DNA of 64,000 nucleotides from Octopus vulgaris (Eukaryota): positions 200,446,001 to 200,510,000 of the forward strand of contig OX597815.1 of NCBI GenBank assembly GCA_951406725.2, in the 5' to 3' direction. The position numbers and the translations under genes are program-made. Of the stretch, positions 1 to 13,511 are shown piece by piece. Numbering within the stretch: position 1 is the first letter of the stretch; every line of letters begins with the position of its first letter. Under the pieces are notes generated by a model. It was not told the origin of the DNA, did no database searches, and saw only the letters and a program-made list of their open reading frames with translations.

Positions 1-68
<68 letters not shown>

Positions 69-71
<3 letters not shown>

Positions 72-125
72 ATTTGATTTGATCTAGTTTTAGCTCATGA
101 GCTGTCGCCATGCTGGGACACCGCT
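69..125 (-). mobile_element. 3' tail of a CR1/L2-type LINE (or partner SINE)
   Basis: Reverse complement GCGGTGTCCCAGCATGGCGACAGCTCATGAGCTAAAACTAGATCAAATCAAATCA matches the LINE tail at 13028-13078. Confidence 0.75.
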
Positions 126-845
126 ATTCTTGTTGAACATTGACGTTTGGTGCATATATGATATATATAATTAATTAAGTAAAGATGAGGTTCTAAGTTG
201 ATTCTGCATAATAATAATCCTCTTGATAATGATTAAATTGATCTATATATCCCTTTTAGCTAACTTTTTTATGATATCACTTTCTAGAATTTCTTCAATT
301 TTATTTTATTTTTATACAACATAATAATGTTGTTTATAAACGTTCTTCCACTGAGCCCCTAATGCTTTTCCTGGATCTCATTTTAGCGCCTTAAGTTTTG
401 TAGTGTTTGTCCATGTAATTGGTAACATAATCGTGAATTAATATAACCCCTAACCTACCTCTTTTTTTGGACATTTATTACTATATAACTGACTCTAAAG
501 TTTCGTTTTTTTTACTTGTTGGTTGAAGGCTACCTATGATAGTAAGAAATGTATGACCAAGAGACAGCTATGAGCTGTCGACTCACTCTGCGCTTTATTC
601 CAAATATACGCAGTTTTCTAATATTAGATTTTTGCTGATGATAAAGGGATAGATAAATTAGAAATGAATTACAACTTTATAACCCCTACTGTGTTCCAAG
701 CCACTCTATAAATTGTAGCCTGTTCTTCACTTATCTATTCTTGCCACAATATTGACAACATCAAATTCTTCCGTTCTCTTTCTCTGTTAAAATATTTAAG
801 AAAAATTCTATTTATATATCTTGTCTGTTAAAATTTCATTATTTT

Positions 846-929
846 TGCAGCTGAAGAGCGTTGTCTTTAAATTGATGCAATGATTGCATAGTTCAATTAA
901 ATAGAGTCACTTGAAACGATCGTACTACA
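846..929 (+). ncRNA. Degenerate type I hammerhead ribozyme motif with long stem II (Penelope-like remnant)
   Basis: CTGAAGA (851-857), ~55-nt hairpin insert (AATTGA/TCAATT, TGCAAT/ATTGCA), GAAAC-GATC-GTA (913-924); stem I TGCAG/CTACA with one mismatch. Confidence 0.5.
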
Positions 930-1151
930 TTACTACTTCATATCCTGTTGCCAATATATATAGTTATATATACACATATATACATACATACATTAGTGTA
1001 TAAAAATTTATACAGGGAGTGAAGAGCACCAAGTGGACTCCTTCCTTGCTAAAAAGAGCAGTCAAAATCCCAAACCACGAGAAACATTCTTATTTAGAGC
1101 ACTTTGATTGTAAGCGCGGAGGACAAATTGAGAAAATTAAAACATCAGTTA

Positions 1152-1247
1152 ATCCTATACTCCGAAGTTTCACCAATAATGATTAAATAACCCAATGAAT
1201 TAATTAATCAGCTGATTAATCGTCCATACGTGGATCTTCAGCAGAAT
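1152..1247 (-). ncRNA. Type I hammerhead ribozyme motif with long stem II
   Basis: Minus strand ATTCTG-CTGAAGA-TCCA...TGGT-GAAAC-TTCGGA-GTA-TAGGAT; stem I pairs with two G-U wobbles; near-palindromic stem III. Confidence 0.55.
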
Positions 1248-1441
1248 CACTGAGGATACATAATTATAAAACTAGACAACCTATGGAAAACACAAGCGGG
1301 AAGACACGTGCGCACTTATTTTCATCTTTATACATCAGGAATTCAAATTAAAATATCCACAACCAACGCGCCGAGCCAGAATAGTACAGTAGTGAATAAA
1401 TTCAACAGCGAATTACCTGACCCACCAATTAAATACTTAAA

Positions 1442-1965
1442 TCTATATATATAAAACTGTAGTTGTGTGAGTGTCTGTCCCCTTCGATTTAGATTCCTAA
1501 CTACTCCCATATTTTGCGGTGCAGTTTAACCAAATTCGGGTATCTTATAGTCGTGATTCATATCAAGCCCGTCTGCGTATTAGCGCGCGTCTACGATGAG
1601 TCTACGATTTTAAAAATAATTTAACATCATTTTTTATTCCATTTTAATGCATAATTTTTCGTGTGTCGATGGCGGCGGAGATGGCGTCCATGGTTACACC
1701 TGCACCTGTTTGCTTCTGCCCCTTATTCCCTCCCTAGTGAAGCTGTGGGGAAGGGAGTGTAAGGAAATCAACGTCGTAAAGCATTGTCAAGGAGACCAGC
1801 GTTCTTTTAGAACAACGACTTCATGGTTTGAAGACACCAAAATTACCATAATTTTTTATTCCATTTTTAATGCATTTTTTTGCTATTTTTTTGCTATAAC
1901 TCACTAAAAATGCTTATATAGTTATTTCCCTTACAAACCCGAGCAACGCCGGGCGATACTGCTAG
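1442..1965 (+). mobile_element. Non-autonomous Helitron
   Basis: 5' TCTATATATATAAAA, subterminal hairpin CCCGAGCAACGCCGGG, 3' CTAG, inserted between A(1441) and T(1966), no TSD. Confidence 0.85.
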
Positions 1966-2069
1966 TATATAAATACAAGAGTAAATTTTTTTAAATAATA
2001 ATTTATACTAGTAGTTAGTATGTGTAAAATAAAGTCCGTAGAAATAAATATTTTCATAATATATATGAG

Positions 2070-2345
2070 TAAGAGCCGGGAACTCATCCTTCCGAAGCGA
2101 TTGGCGTTACCGCTAAGCTACGGTGGCGTAAACAAACCATCAACGGTTGGAAAACGGTGTGTTTGCAAACAGAAAGACACGCTCACACACACACGCCCAT
2201 ATTTTATAGAACGGGCTTCGACACATTCATCGTCCAAATTTCACTAACAAAACCAGGATTCTAGTGCCAACCTACTGTTGCCAGTGGGACTGAACCCAAA
2301 ACCACAGGTTTACAAGGTGGGCTTTTTTACCTCACAAGCATACCT
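2070..2345 (-). mobile_element. Old degenerate copy of the major tRNA-type SINE (family A)
   Basis: Patchy similarity to 26071-26500 (CCGCTAAG.TACGG, CAGTGGGACTGAACCC). Confidence 0.6.
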
Positions 2346-2749
2346 TTCATGTAACATGAAAATACGAACCTGTAGTTTTAGTAGACATGCATATTTATGT
2401 TAGCTGTGAGAAGCAATGTTTGGTAATAAATCAAAGAGATTCCTTTCTGTGGTCGAAAAAAAATGAACACTCAATACTTGGTGAAGCGTTCAAGAATAAT
2501 AAAATGTAATTTGTGAGAAAATCGTAGAATATTGCTTTTCCGGTGATGAAAGAACGCTTCAGAAATTGTTTAGCATAGTTCTTAGTCTTATGACACTTAA
2601 TTTGTTTTCTAAAGAGAAAGAAAGATGCTTGCTAAACCTAAGTGGAACTTGCTTATTTTGTTGTGCAAATACTTGTGTTGCATTTATGTAACAAATTGCG
2701 ATTTCGTAAGTATTTCTCAATCATTCAAAAATAGTTCCTTTGCGGAGAT

Positions 2750-3106
2750 TTTGCGCGAGTTCAGGAAGAGATTCTGTAGCAAAAGGCAAGAGAAACTACA
2801 GCAGGACAACGCGTCATCCTGGGGATTGACTACATAACAGAGGTAGGCATCAAAACTGTTCCTTATTTTCCTCATAATCCAGACCTTGCTTCCTGGGATG
2901 TTTGGTTGTTATCCAAGCTGGAGGAAATGGAGTGTGTCCTTCACGTTAGAGGACTTACATGCAGCCTTCAAGAAATAGCTTGGGCACTAAAACAAGTGCA
3001 TCGAAATCACAAAATCCTATTTGAAATATATTAGTGTTTTGCATTTAGTGGAAATTAATACATGTCTCACCTGAAAATATTGAAAAAATTCTGGAATGCA
3101 CTTTGT
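2750..3106 (+). mobile_element. Mariner transposase C-terminal relic
   Basis: Translates to QQDNAS...GIKTVPYFPHNPDLASWDVWLLSKLE, resembling the mariner HDNA and YSPDLAP.D motifs. Confidence 0.6.
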
Positions 3107-4139
3107 ATTTGCATATATTTCTTGAAATGTTCATACTTGAAATTTATTCATTCTATTTATTTATTTCCCATAGACATTGTTCTTATATCCCGACTAATTT
3201 CTACTCAAGTGTATAACACGCTAAATATATCTGAACCTGGCACATTAAAGATGTGTCTTTTGATGGTGATGAGTTGGTTGCAACAAATGTACAGTCAAAC
3301 ATACGCTGATGGCCATTGTTCAGAATTCTTTCATCACAAATATGTGACCGCTTCAGAGACATTTAGTCTATTGGAATAAGGGGAGCAAGAGCATACACAA
3401 GGTCAGAAAGTGTTGCTGAAGAGGTCACAGATGTGTGACGAAATATCTTCGGACAATGGTCATGAGTTAAAATACGAACAGTTATAAAGGAGGTAAGAAA
3501 GAATATATAGTGTGTTTATTTGGCAAAAATTAAGGTAATGTAACGAAGAAAGTTGCTTGTTAATTAGGTATGTAACAATTACTAAAATTACTAAAAGAAA
3601 GCAATATTAAAAGGTCCCCCATCTGGAAAAAATTTATAAATTCAAGTTCTAAGAAATTGCCTATAATTTCGATTTCTCAAGTTTATTTAATGTTTTAACC
3701 CCAAATTCTCGCAAATTTAAATATTCATTGCATTCATTGCGGAGTAGATTTTAATGTTTAATTATAAGCACTATCAATTCATTGCAGGCAACATTTCACG
3801 TTTTTATTCGGAACAGTCTCTCATGGTTGTTCGTCTCTATTTTCATTAATGATAATTTAATAATAGCTGTATAACGTTGATACGTCGTACAATTTCCAGA
3901 ATATTATCGGTTTTCGGTGTTTGTTAAATGAATATCTTTGATAAAATGAATATTCTTTAATACAATAGTATTTTGTTTTTTAAGTGAAGAAGTAATTGTG
4001 TTGGTATTGCTACTTGCAACGCTTTAAGCCTTACAAGAACTATATGATCGCTGCTATTTTATTTTTAGCAAGCCAAACAAGAAAGTTTTTAACGAACTTT
4101 CAATTATCTATAATGTGCGAGTGAAAAGGAAAATTTAGC

Positions 4140-5181
4140 AGCAAAGGCACAACGGCACAGAGAAAGACGAGCCACTGAATCAGATGAAACCAGGGCAAAG
4201 CGACTGAAACATCACTGAATATGCACGGAGATATAGACATGATTCTGTTTCCGCTGCCTATGACCGACTGGTTAGGTTATCTCAAGAGGAGACATTCTAC
4301 TTTCAAATAATGGACATATTTTCTTTGCGATCATGTGGAAGTAGTGGACAGCCAATCTTAGATATTTTACAGACAGTAATTCTGATGAAAGAGAGTTTGC
4401 TAATTACCTCCTTGATGTAGGAAATGGTAACAATTCTGTTGAACAAAGCCTAGGTGAATTCAAAATCAAACCACCCAATGACCCTTGCCTTGAAAGTGGT
4501 ACTCTTTCAGATCTGTGTGATTTTGTATATGCTGTTCTCAAACCAACTTCACAAACCCTGTGTGGCTTGCAAATAAAACCGTCGTTACTCTCACAAATGA
4601 AGCAGCACAATTTGTGAATGATTTTCTGCAGACCAGGATCCCTGGTGAGCTAAACATATACAGAAGCTCATTTACAGTTGATAATGAAAGTCTGTACCCA
4701 GTCGAGTTCAACAAGAAACACCATCAGGGTTTCCACATTACATTGTCAAACTAAAGAAAAAAGCGATGCATAACGTTTCTGAGAAACTTAGATGCTACCA
4801 ATGGGCATTACAATGGTAGACACTACTTCATTGACAATGTACATGATCATGTTACTGAGGCTGCGGTTGCTTCTGGTCCATATGCAGGATCGACTCTGCT
4901 AATCTCAAGAATACCACATGTATCTCCAGAAACAGAATTTCCAATTCCATTTACACGTAAACAATTTCCTGTCAAGCAAGCTTTCGCCTTGGCGTGTACA
5001 AGAGACAGGGACAGATTTTGAACACATTGGAATATATCTTCCGACACAATTCTTCTCACATGGTCAGCTGTAAGTTGCATTATCTAGAGTTCGAAGGAAG
5101 GCTAATGTAAATATATTGGCTGAGAGAAATGGAAACAGTATGATTACTGACAATTGTGTCTACAACGTGATACTACTTTAA
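4140..5181 (+). pseudogene. Helitron Rep/Hel pseudogene (PIF1-like helicase C-terminus), internally deleted
   Basis: FANYLLDVGNG, LRNLDATNGHYNG, IPFTRKQFPVKQAFA, FSHGQL*VALSRV motifs with stops and frameshifts; N-terminal-like RERRATESDETRAKRL at ~4160. Confidence 0.85.
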
Positions 5182-5438
5182 AATAATATATGTTTATTAG
5201 TAAGTTACAGTAAAGAGAATTAACACTTAAATTTTATGTAACGTAACATATATTTGTGCGGAATTAAATCGTTTTGGGATATTTAAACATACGGAATGAA
5301 TGATATCGTAATATTAGAGCATTCTAAATTTGAGTATATTTGAAAAAGTAAAGGAAACCCCGTTCCCATGTGTTCTAACAGCACCATACGTTTGTGTGTG
5401 TGAGTGTGTGTGTGTGAGTGTGTGTGTGTCCCTCCTTC

Positions 5439-5439
5439 A

Positions 5440-5537
<98 letters not shown>

Positions 5538-5576
5538 ATATCTATCTATCTATCTATCTATCTATATATCTATCTA
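5439..5576. repeat. (TCTA)n tetranucleotide microsatellite
   Basis: Direct reading; similar array at 17764-17868. Confidence 0.95.
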
Positions 5577-5840
5577 CGCACACCTATGTAAGTTCTACCA
5601 ATTATTAATGGTAAATATATAGACCAGATTGACTCTTTAAAAAGGAGAGATTATGACTAATAAAATAATGAAAGCAATATTTACTAAGCAAGTAAGCACT
5701 ATTAAACAAAGAAATAACTTGACGTAAGATATCACGAAAATTATTAAAATTGGGAATCAAATGTGGAAATATCGAATGGCTAGCAGAAAAACTCCCGGAA
5801 GGCGGTATTTCTGCTAGTATGTGTAATGTAATATAATATG

Positions 5841-5886
<46 letters not shown>

Positions 5887-6982
5887 GTAAAAAAAAAACA
5901 GTCATGTCTAATTCATCTCAACTGAAACACGAAACCAAGTTGCGGGGCTGAGATGCCGTAATCTTAACGTTTGTTGTGCATTCCATAGGATGGTAATAAA
6001 CACACAAATGGAGAAGAACATGAATAGAATACACACAACTGCCATCACCAGAAATATCCATGGTTCTTCTCTAACAACACCAACAGCAATTTCCACAATA
6101 ACAAATGCAATAACAACATTAGCAACAACAACAGCAGCAACAAGAACAACAACAACAACAACAACATCAGTAAGCAATAATAACAATAACTGCCTTTTGC
6201 GTAAGATGCAGTAGATAATAAGTTGAAGCTGCCAATGGAAAAAAGTTTTAGATCTCCGCTGGGACTGGATTCTATTCGCTGTAATGTGCATATCTATATC
6301 ATATGATCGAATAGCTCTCCATGTGCAATAAAGATCGATAGATTTTTGTGGATTCTGGATACTATCACTACAGAAAACTGTCAGGAAGGATCCAAGGTTA
6401 TTTACTTCAACTGCAAGCAGAATTATTTGCTAGAGAGAGAGAAAAGAAACAAAGCGACATCGGATAGTAGCTAGCCATTGGAAGTCTAACGAGGATTACA
6501 AAAGCTATTGATTAAGTAATCTATTTATGGTTATTGACTTCTGTCCAGATGGATGTCATCTCCAAGTAGATTGCTTCCATTTACATAGAAAAGATACCGA
6601 AGTTCATTGTATCGGTTAGTCGTTCAATGTGGTTATAGCAGCGACTATCTGACGACCTGCAAATATCTATGTATATATATATATATATATGGAATGTTAA
6701 TACATATAAAAGATTAGGAGTTTATGAATCTTCCTGCATATGGTCGGTTTTGTATGAGTGTGTGTGTGTGTTTTTCTTTTTGGGGTGTGTGTGGGTAATG
6801 TAGGTTATATTATTGTATAGAATTACTCTAATGATTGAATGTAGTTAAGTGTAATCACTACATGTAATAGGAAATAGTAAGCATTTATGGGGTCATTGAC
6901 CCCCAGAAAGAAGCAGCAAAACAGAATGCCTTTCAGTTAACAAACTAACACTTATTCATCTACACACATAATCATGTCTGCT

Positions 6983-6984
6983 TA

Positions 6985-7024
<40 letters not shown>

Positions 7025-7058
7025 ATATGCGCGATCTCTCTCGGTATGTATGAATGTA

Positions 7059-7102
<44 letters not shown>

Positions 7103-7207
7103 GGTATATATACATGTATATATACATATATATGCATAAATGTATGTATATATATATATATATATATACAATATATATATATATGTACACATGTACGCGT
7201 GCGTCTG

Positions 7208-7240
<33 letters not shown>

Positions 7241-7460
7241 CTATGTCTATATATATATATATAATATACATATATATATATATATATATGTGTGTGTGTT
7301 TAATATATATATATATATATATATGTACATATACATCTATGTACATAGACAGACGCACATCCGTTATACATCTTGAATACGCATGCACTTATATAATACA
7401 CATATCAATACATGTATGTTTGTGTATTATATATGTACATGTTTGTGTGCGTGCGTGCAT
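6983..7460. repeat. Compound (CT)n/(TA)n/(TG)n microsatellite
   Basis: Direct reading; representative of dozens of (TA)n arrays across the window. Confidence 0.95.
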
Positions 7461-7637
7461 GTATTTGAACTTGTAGTGACAGTTTGCACATGTTCACTTA
7501 ATGCCACATCATAATTCAGATAATATAGGCGCGTATTCGGTAAAATTAATTATATCTCATTAGAAATTAGCGGCATAAATTTTGACGTAAGATAGATAAA
7601 GGCAAGAGAAAAAAAGAAACTCATTCACGAATACGTA

Positions 7638-7863
7638 TGTATGGCTGAGTGGTGAAGATATTAGCTTGGCATTCATGCGGTTTCTGGTTCAAACGCACTC
7701 TCGGGCATCTTGGACAAGAAGGTAATCCTTTGTCAGTGAATTTTGTAGATGGACAATGCGTAGAAGACAGTCGTATAGATACACACACACATATATATTA
7801 AATATTTTTAAAATTTTAACTTTAAATTAAAATAATTTAAACTTAATAATATTTTGTATATTT

Positions 7864-7905
<42 letters not shown>

Positions 7906-8250
7906 TAATTAATTTATTTCTATTTATTGGTTTATGTTTTTCACTGTTTGATTTTCCTAATAGTGGTTTTATCTCTAATTTTATAGATATATATATCGGT
8001 ATATATTTTTCTATACACACACGTGTTTGTGTGTTTGTGCGCGTGTACATGTATATTTGCGTGTTTGTGGTTTCTCCCTCACATTGACGATCGGTCTTGC
8101 TTTGTTTTAGTCAGGTTACCATAGCGGCTCGGTCAAAGAAATCGATAAAATAAGTGCCAAATTTAAAAAAGAAACAGCAACAAAAAACGAAAATGGAATA
8201 ACAACAAATGCTGCCCCGGTATGTCTGCGGTCCAATGACTGAGACAAATA
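7638..8250 (+). mobile_element. Old family A SINE with expanded internal (TA)n region
   Basis: Head TGGCTGAGTGGTGAAG...GGTTCAAAC, body TGTAGATGGACAATGCGTAGAAG, tail TGCGGTCCAATGACTGAGACAAA. Confidence 0.55.
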
Positions 8251-8459
8251 TAATACGAAATTATGACACAGTTATGAAGGAGATACAAAGGAGAAATTAA
8301 CAGAACTGCGTTGAAAATAACCAGAAATACACGGTGGTGTTGTAGATTTAGTAAAATGTTACATGTTATCAAACGTTTTTACGTATCACAGATTTATTGG
8401 GACCTGAGTTTACAACGCTTTCGAAAAAAACACAGCCGTGAAATTTTAGATGTCTAGAT

Positions 8460-8852
8460 TATGGATGGAAGCACTCCGTCGGTTACGACGATGAGGGTTC
8501 CGGTTGATCCGAATCAGCGGAACAGCCTGCTCTTGAAATTAACGTGTAAGTGGCTGAGCACTCCACAGACACGTGCACCCTTAACGTAGTTCTCGGAGAT
8601 ATTCAGCGTGACACAGAGAGTGACTAGGCCGGCCCTTTGAAATACAGGTACAACAGAAAGAGGAAGTAAGAGTGAGAGAAAGTTGTGGTGAAAGAGTACA
8701 GCAGGGATCACCACCATCCCCTGCCAAAGCCTCGTGGAGCTTTTAGGTGTTTTCGCCCAATAAACACTCACAAACGCCCGGTCTGGGAATCAAAACCACG
8801 ATCCTATGACCGCGAGTCCGCTGCCCTAACCACTGGGCCATTGCACCTCCAC
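8460..8852 (-). mobile_element. tRNA-derived SINE (family B, tail type 1)
   Basis: Minus-strand head GTGGAGGTGCAATGGCCCAGTGGTTAGGGCAGCGGACTCGCGG...GGTTTTGATTCCC (A and B boxes); core GAGTGAGAGAAAGTTGTGG shared with 44522-44832. Confidence 0.85.
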
Positions 8853-8998
8853 ATGTCTGGATTATAACCATCTCTTGAATCCAAACGTCTTGAGTTGTCT
8901 TTCACTGACATTCAACAACGGTCTACATGTGAAATATGTTACACATAAATTGAGTTGCAGCGCAACGTACACACACACACACGCACATACACACATAT

Positions 8999-9071
<73 letters not shown>

Positions 9072-9097
9072 TATGTATATATATATATATGTATACT

Positions 9098-9143
<46 letters not shown>

Positions 9144-9416
9144 CATACACATACGCACACACGCACACACACACATGCACACACACACACACTCATATAT
9201 ATGAATATATGTGCGTATATATATATTAATGAATATTAATTTTTGATTAAGGATTTTGATATTGTAGATTCGTATACATTGTCATGAAACGCGCGTCGCC
9301 GTTTCAATGTGTATTTTTTTAATGTATATCATTTAGTATAGACATTTTTAGTAAAATGTTAATAATAATATATCTAAATCAATTTAATTACTTTATGGAG
9401 GTTCTTTCACTTAATT

Positions 9417-9458
<42 letters not shown>

Positions 9459-9482
9459 GTACATATATGTATATATATATGT

Positions 9483-9546
<64 letters not shown>

Positions 9547-9614
9547 ATATGTACATATATGTATACATATATGTACATATATATATATGTATATATATAT
9601 GTACACATATATAT

Positions 9615-10501
9615 ATGTTTAATGCAGGTAAGTTCCAGGCCCTGCGCTACTGGCACACAAAGGTAAATGACCTGAAGACTGGATACACTGGCCCAGGAAG
9701 AATTGCAATCCCTGAGTCAAAATCAGTGCGTGACCTGGGCATTGACATGAGCAATGATGCATCTTTCCAAATGCATATTGCTAATCTGGTGATAAAATGC
9801 AGACGGCTAGCTGGATGGATTCTCCGAACTTTCAGAACAAGAGAGAAGGAGACACTGATGGTCCTATGGAAAACATTTGTCCTCAGCCGCTTGGACTACT
9901 GCTGCCAACTTTGGTCACCACACAATATAAAACAAACAGCAGAACTCGAAGCAACTCAGAGAAGCTACACAAAGAAAATCGTCTCAATGCAAAATGTCAG
10001 CTACTGGGAAAGACTGAAGGTATTAAACCTCTTCTCCCTGGAGCGGAGGCGGGAAGATATGCAGTGATATACATCTGGAAAATCCTGGAGGGTCTTGTCC
10101 CAAACTTTGGCATTCAAAGTTACTCCAACCGCAGAACGGGGCGCCGCTGCGTGGTGCCAAGGATTCCAACATCACCATCAAAATACAGGTCCAGATACTG
10201 CAACAGCTTGGGTTTCAGAGGACCACAGCTCTTTAACATCCTCCCTAAATGCCTGAGAGACTTACATGGTGTGGATGTGGGTTTCTTTAAAACTAAACTG
10301 GATCTCTTCTTGTTGGGAGTCCCAGATGAACCTACCTCACGACAGGAGACACGGATGCGGGCAGCAGCATCGAACTCCCTTGTTGATCAAGTGCCACGTA
10401 TCAGAGGTGGATTCACAAACTAGTGTAGCTCATTCAGCGGTGGTGCCCCAGCATGGCCGCGGCCTTCGGGCTAAAACATTTTTAAGGATTTAAGGATTTA
10501 C
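9615..10501 (+). mobile_element. 5'-truncated CR1/L2-group LINE (ORF2 C-terminus + 3' UTR)
   Basis: VRDLGI...[12 protein letters not shown]...[18 protein letters not shown], 1-bp frameshift near 10053, GPQLFNILP...FKTKLDLFL; stop at 10423; (TTTAAGGA)n tail. Confidence 0.9.
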
Positions 10502-10845
10502 ATATGTATATACGTACATATATGTATATATATATTTTTATATATGTACACACATATACACATGCATATGTACACACATACGCGCACGGAGAGGTAACAA
10601 TATTTAAAAAAATAGTTTGCGTAGTAAGACTAGCTGATAACCTTTATGTGTCAATTCGTCACAGAAAGCGAAATCATTTGATACTCTCCTCTTTGTGACT
10701 TTACAAAAGGGGACGACCATTTTTCGAAATTTATTTGCTACATTCTCCTTTCCTGTTTACATATAGTGAGAGATGAGCGGTCTACTTTGAAGCAAACAGG
10801 TTCATAATATACCCTGACTTTATATATATATATATATATATACAT

Positions 10846-11075
10846 ACAGGGAGAGTTTACGAAAAAAGAACAAACGACGAAGACAGGTGGTGTACAAAAC
10901 AAACAGATGTATTAGTATAACGCTCAGGAATAGAAAAAGTCTTTTACATTTCGAGCCTACGCTCTTCTACAGAAAAAGGACACAGAAAAAAACAAGGACA
11001 GAAACAAGGAGAGAAAAAAAATGTGTGTAGTGGGTAACGATCTATCATGGCGACTGATTGATCACCATGATAGAT
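10846..11075 (-). mobile_element. Short (TA)n-embedded unit with minimal hammerhead-like motif (family P2)
   Basis: Minus strand TTTT-CTGTAGA-A-GAGC-GTAG-GCTC-GAAAT-GTA-AAAG (10940-10977); homologous to 17298-17450; hairpin at 11041-11074. Confidence 0.6.
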
Positions 11076-11091
11076 ATATATATATATGACT

Positions 11092-11147
<56 letters not shown>

Positions 11148-12019
11148 ATCAACCGATGAGACTTAAGATGGTGGATGATGATGAATGTGTATGAAGGAAA
11201 CAGACATATTTGCCGAAGCCGGGTTAATTTTGACAAGGCTGTATACGAAAAGTAGTCGTATATGGTAACGTTGGATGTACCTATAAGTTATAGTAGAAAT
11301 ACAAAGAAATGAATCAGAGAGTGCTGAGAAATAGAAAGAAAAATATTGCAAGAAATGGAGAAATAGTGACTGAAATATATCAAGACTACAAGCTGAGATG
11401 TTATATGTAAAGACAATATCAGAGAATTGCGGAGAATGATCATAAGAAAAGTGTGAATGACAAAGACACGGTAAAAGATAAATTGAGGAAGAGGGCGATG
11501 AAGAGATTTTTGCTAGAGTTGAAGTAAAGAGAAAAGAGCATTGAGAGAATCGTGAAAGGTGATATAATAGTACATGAATATTTCATATGAAAAATTTCAG
11601 TAGTGTATTAGAAGTGAAAAGAAGTGAGATAGCGAGAAGTTATGAGAGAAACTTGCCGAGATAGAAAGGCGGAGAAGGGAGAGCGAAGAGGGAAAGAGAG
11701 AGAGAGAGGAGGTATAGAAAGATAAAGCCAGGGAGTGGGGATGGAGAGATACAGAAAGAGAGAGATGGGGCGGAGAGACGTAAACTAAATAAAGGATAAA
11801 GATCAAAGACGGAGAAAGAAGGATCAAAATTACGTTCTGTATACTTTGTATACAAAGAGCAATGAAGAGAAAATTTAAAAAATAGAAAACAAAATGCAAA
11901 CAAAATTTAGAAGGAAAGATGTATACACATCCCTCTGTCTGACCATACATATGTATGCATGTTTGTATGTATGTATATGTACAGATTTGTATACATGTAT
12001 ATATATATATATATATATA

Positions 12020-12232
12020 TTTCTTTACTACCCACAAGGGGCTAAACACAGAGGGGACAAACGGATTAAGTCGATTACATCGACCCCAGTGCGTAACTGG
12101 TACTTAATTTATCGACCCCGAAAGGATGAAAGGCAAAGTCGACCTCGGCGGAATTTGAACTCAGAACGCAACAGCAGACGAAATACGTCTACGCATTTCG
12201 CCCGGCGTGCTAACGGTTCTGCCAGCTCGCCG

Positions 12233-12237
<5 letters not shown>
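12020..12237 (-). mobile_element. SINE family C (core GCCTTTCATCCTTTCGGGGTCGATAA)
   Basis: Head AAGGCGGCGAGCTGGCAGAA, B-box GAGTTCAAATTCC; closely similar to 46024-46254; embedded in (TA)n. Confidence 0.85.
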
Positions 12238-12289
<52 letters not shown>

Positions 12290-13080
12290 AAATGAAACCG
12301 AACTCAGCTACTGGCCCCGATGGATTCCCAGCATGCAAGTGAGTCATAGCTAGACTTCTGGAGTGCATGATGCTAAATTGGCAATAAAATGTAGGCGGCT
12401 GACCGGATGGATTCCTAGAACTTATAGAACGAGAGATTAGGAAACCATGATGGTCCTCTAGAGAACATTTGTCCTAAGCCTTTGGCTATTGCTCCCAGCT
12501 ATGGTCACCAACCAGTGTAAAACTTCATTTCAGAACTTGAGGCAATCCAACGAAGGTATACGAAGGAAGCTATGCAGCATATAAGCTACTGGGAAAGACT
12601 CAAGAGATTGAGACTCTATTCCGTAGAGCATAGGCGGGAAAGATATGTCATAATATATATCTAGAAGATCCTAGAGGACAAGTCCCAAACTTTGGCATCG
12701 AGAGTTGCATTAATAATAGAACAGGGTGCCATTGCATCGTTACAAAGATGCCAAATTTGCCATCAACATATAGGACAGGATATTGCTAGAGCCTGGGCTT
12801 TAAAGGCCCACAGATCTTCACTCTCCTTCAGAAGCACATAAGAGACCTACGTGGGGTGGATGTAGGTATCTTCAGAACGAAACCAAACTTCTTACTGTCA
12901 AGTGTCCCAGATGAACCAACTTCAGAGCAGCACGTGGAGATGAGGGAATCAGCATCAAACTCCCTCATGCACGAAACGTCATTTTCTAAAAAGAGCTGGT
13001 GAAGTAAAATTATGTAGCACACCAAATGGCGGTGTCCCAGCATGACCACAGCTCATGAGCTGAAACTAGATCAAATCAGT
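12290..13080 (+). mobile_element. Degenerate CR1/L2-group LINE with internal deletion
   Basis: MKPNSATGPDGFPA (RT start) joined to a C-terminal region homologous to 9770-10500; 3' tail with AGCTCATGAGCT hairpin. Confidence 0.85.
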
Positions 13081-13458
13081 TCAGTATGTATATATATATA
13101 CCGGCGCCAAAGTGAAGGCATTTGAAAGATACGCCTAAATATAATTTGTAGAACATTATACATGGTGGATTTCGGTTGAGCGTTCTCTGTCTAGTTCTGG
13201 AAATTATGTTTTGGAAACGACAGACTATGCTGACGATCTTGAAGATATTTGCGTGTTCATATACGTAAATATTAACAAGTCAAACCAATGGTACATAGGT
13301 AGTGGTTTTTTTATTTGGTATATTTTTATTTGTCTTGCTTATTTTTACATTTTGTTTTATTGCTGAGATTTTTCTTGAGAACACATTCTTCGTGATAATG
13401 GCGATTTGGCGTCTATATTTAGCATATAGGTTGTCTACTTTAGTGTTTAGTCCTCTAA

Positions 13459-13511
<53 letters not shown>

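Noticed and set aside
5908-6291. Thr-rich (+) and hydrophobic (-) ORFs that look like an exon or membrane peptide
   Set aside because: Built on degenerate (CAA)n; splice-like sites at 5988 and 6201 are weak; no recognisable domain
8775-8852. tRNA-like sequence (also 44756-44832 and 54051-54120)
   Set aside because: SINE heads continuous with SINE bodies; not standalone tRNA genes
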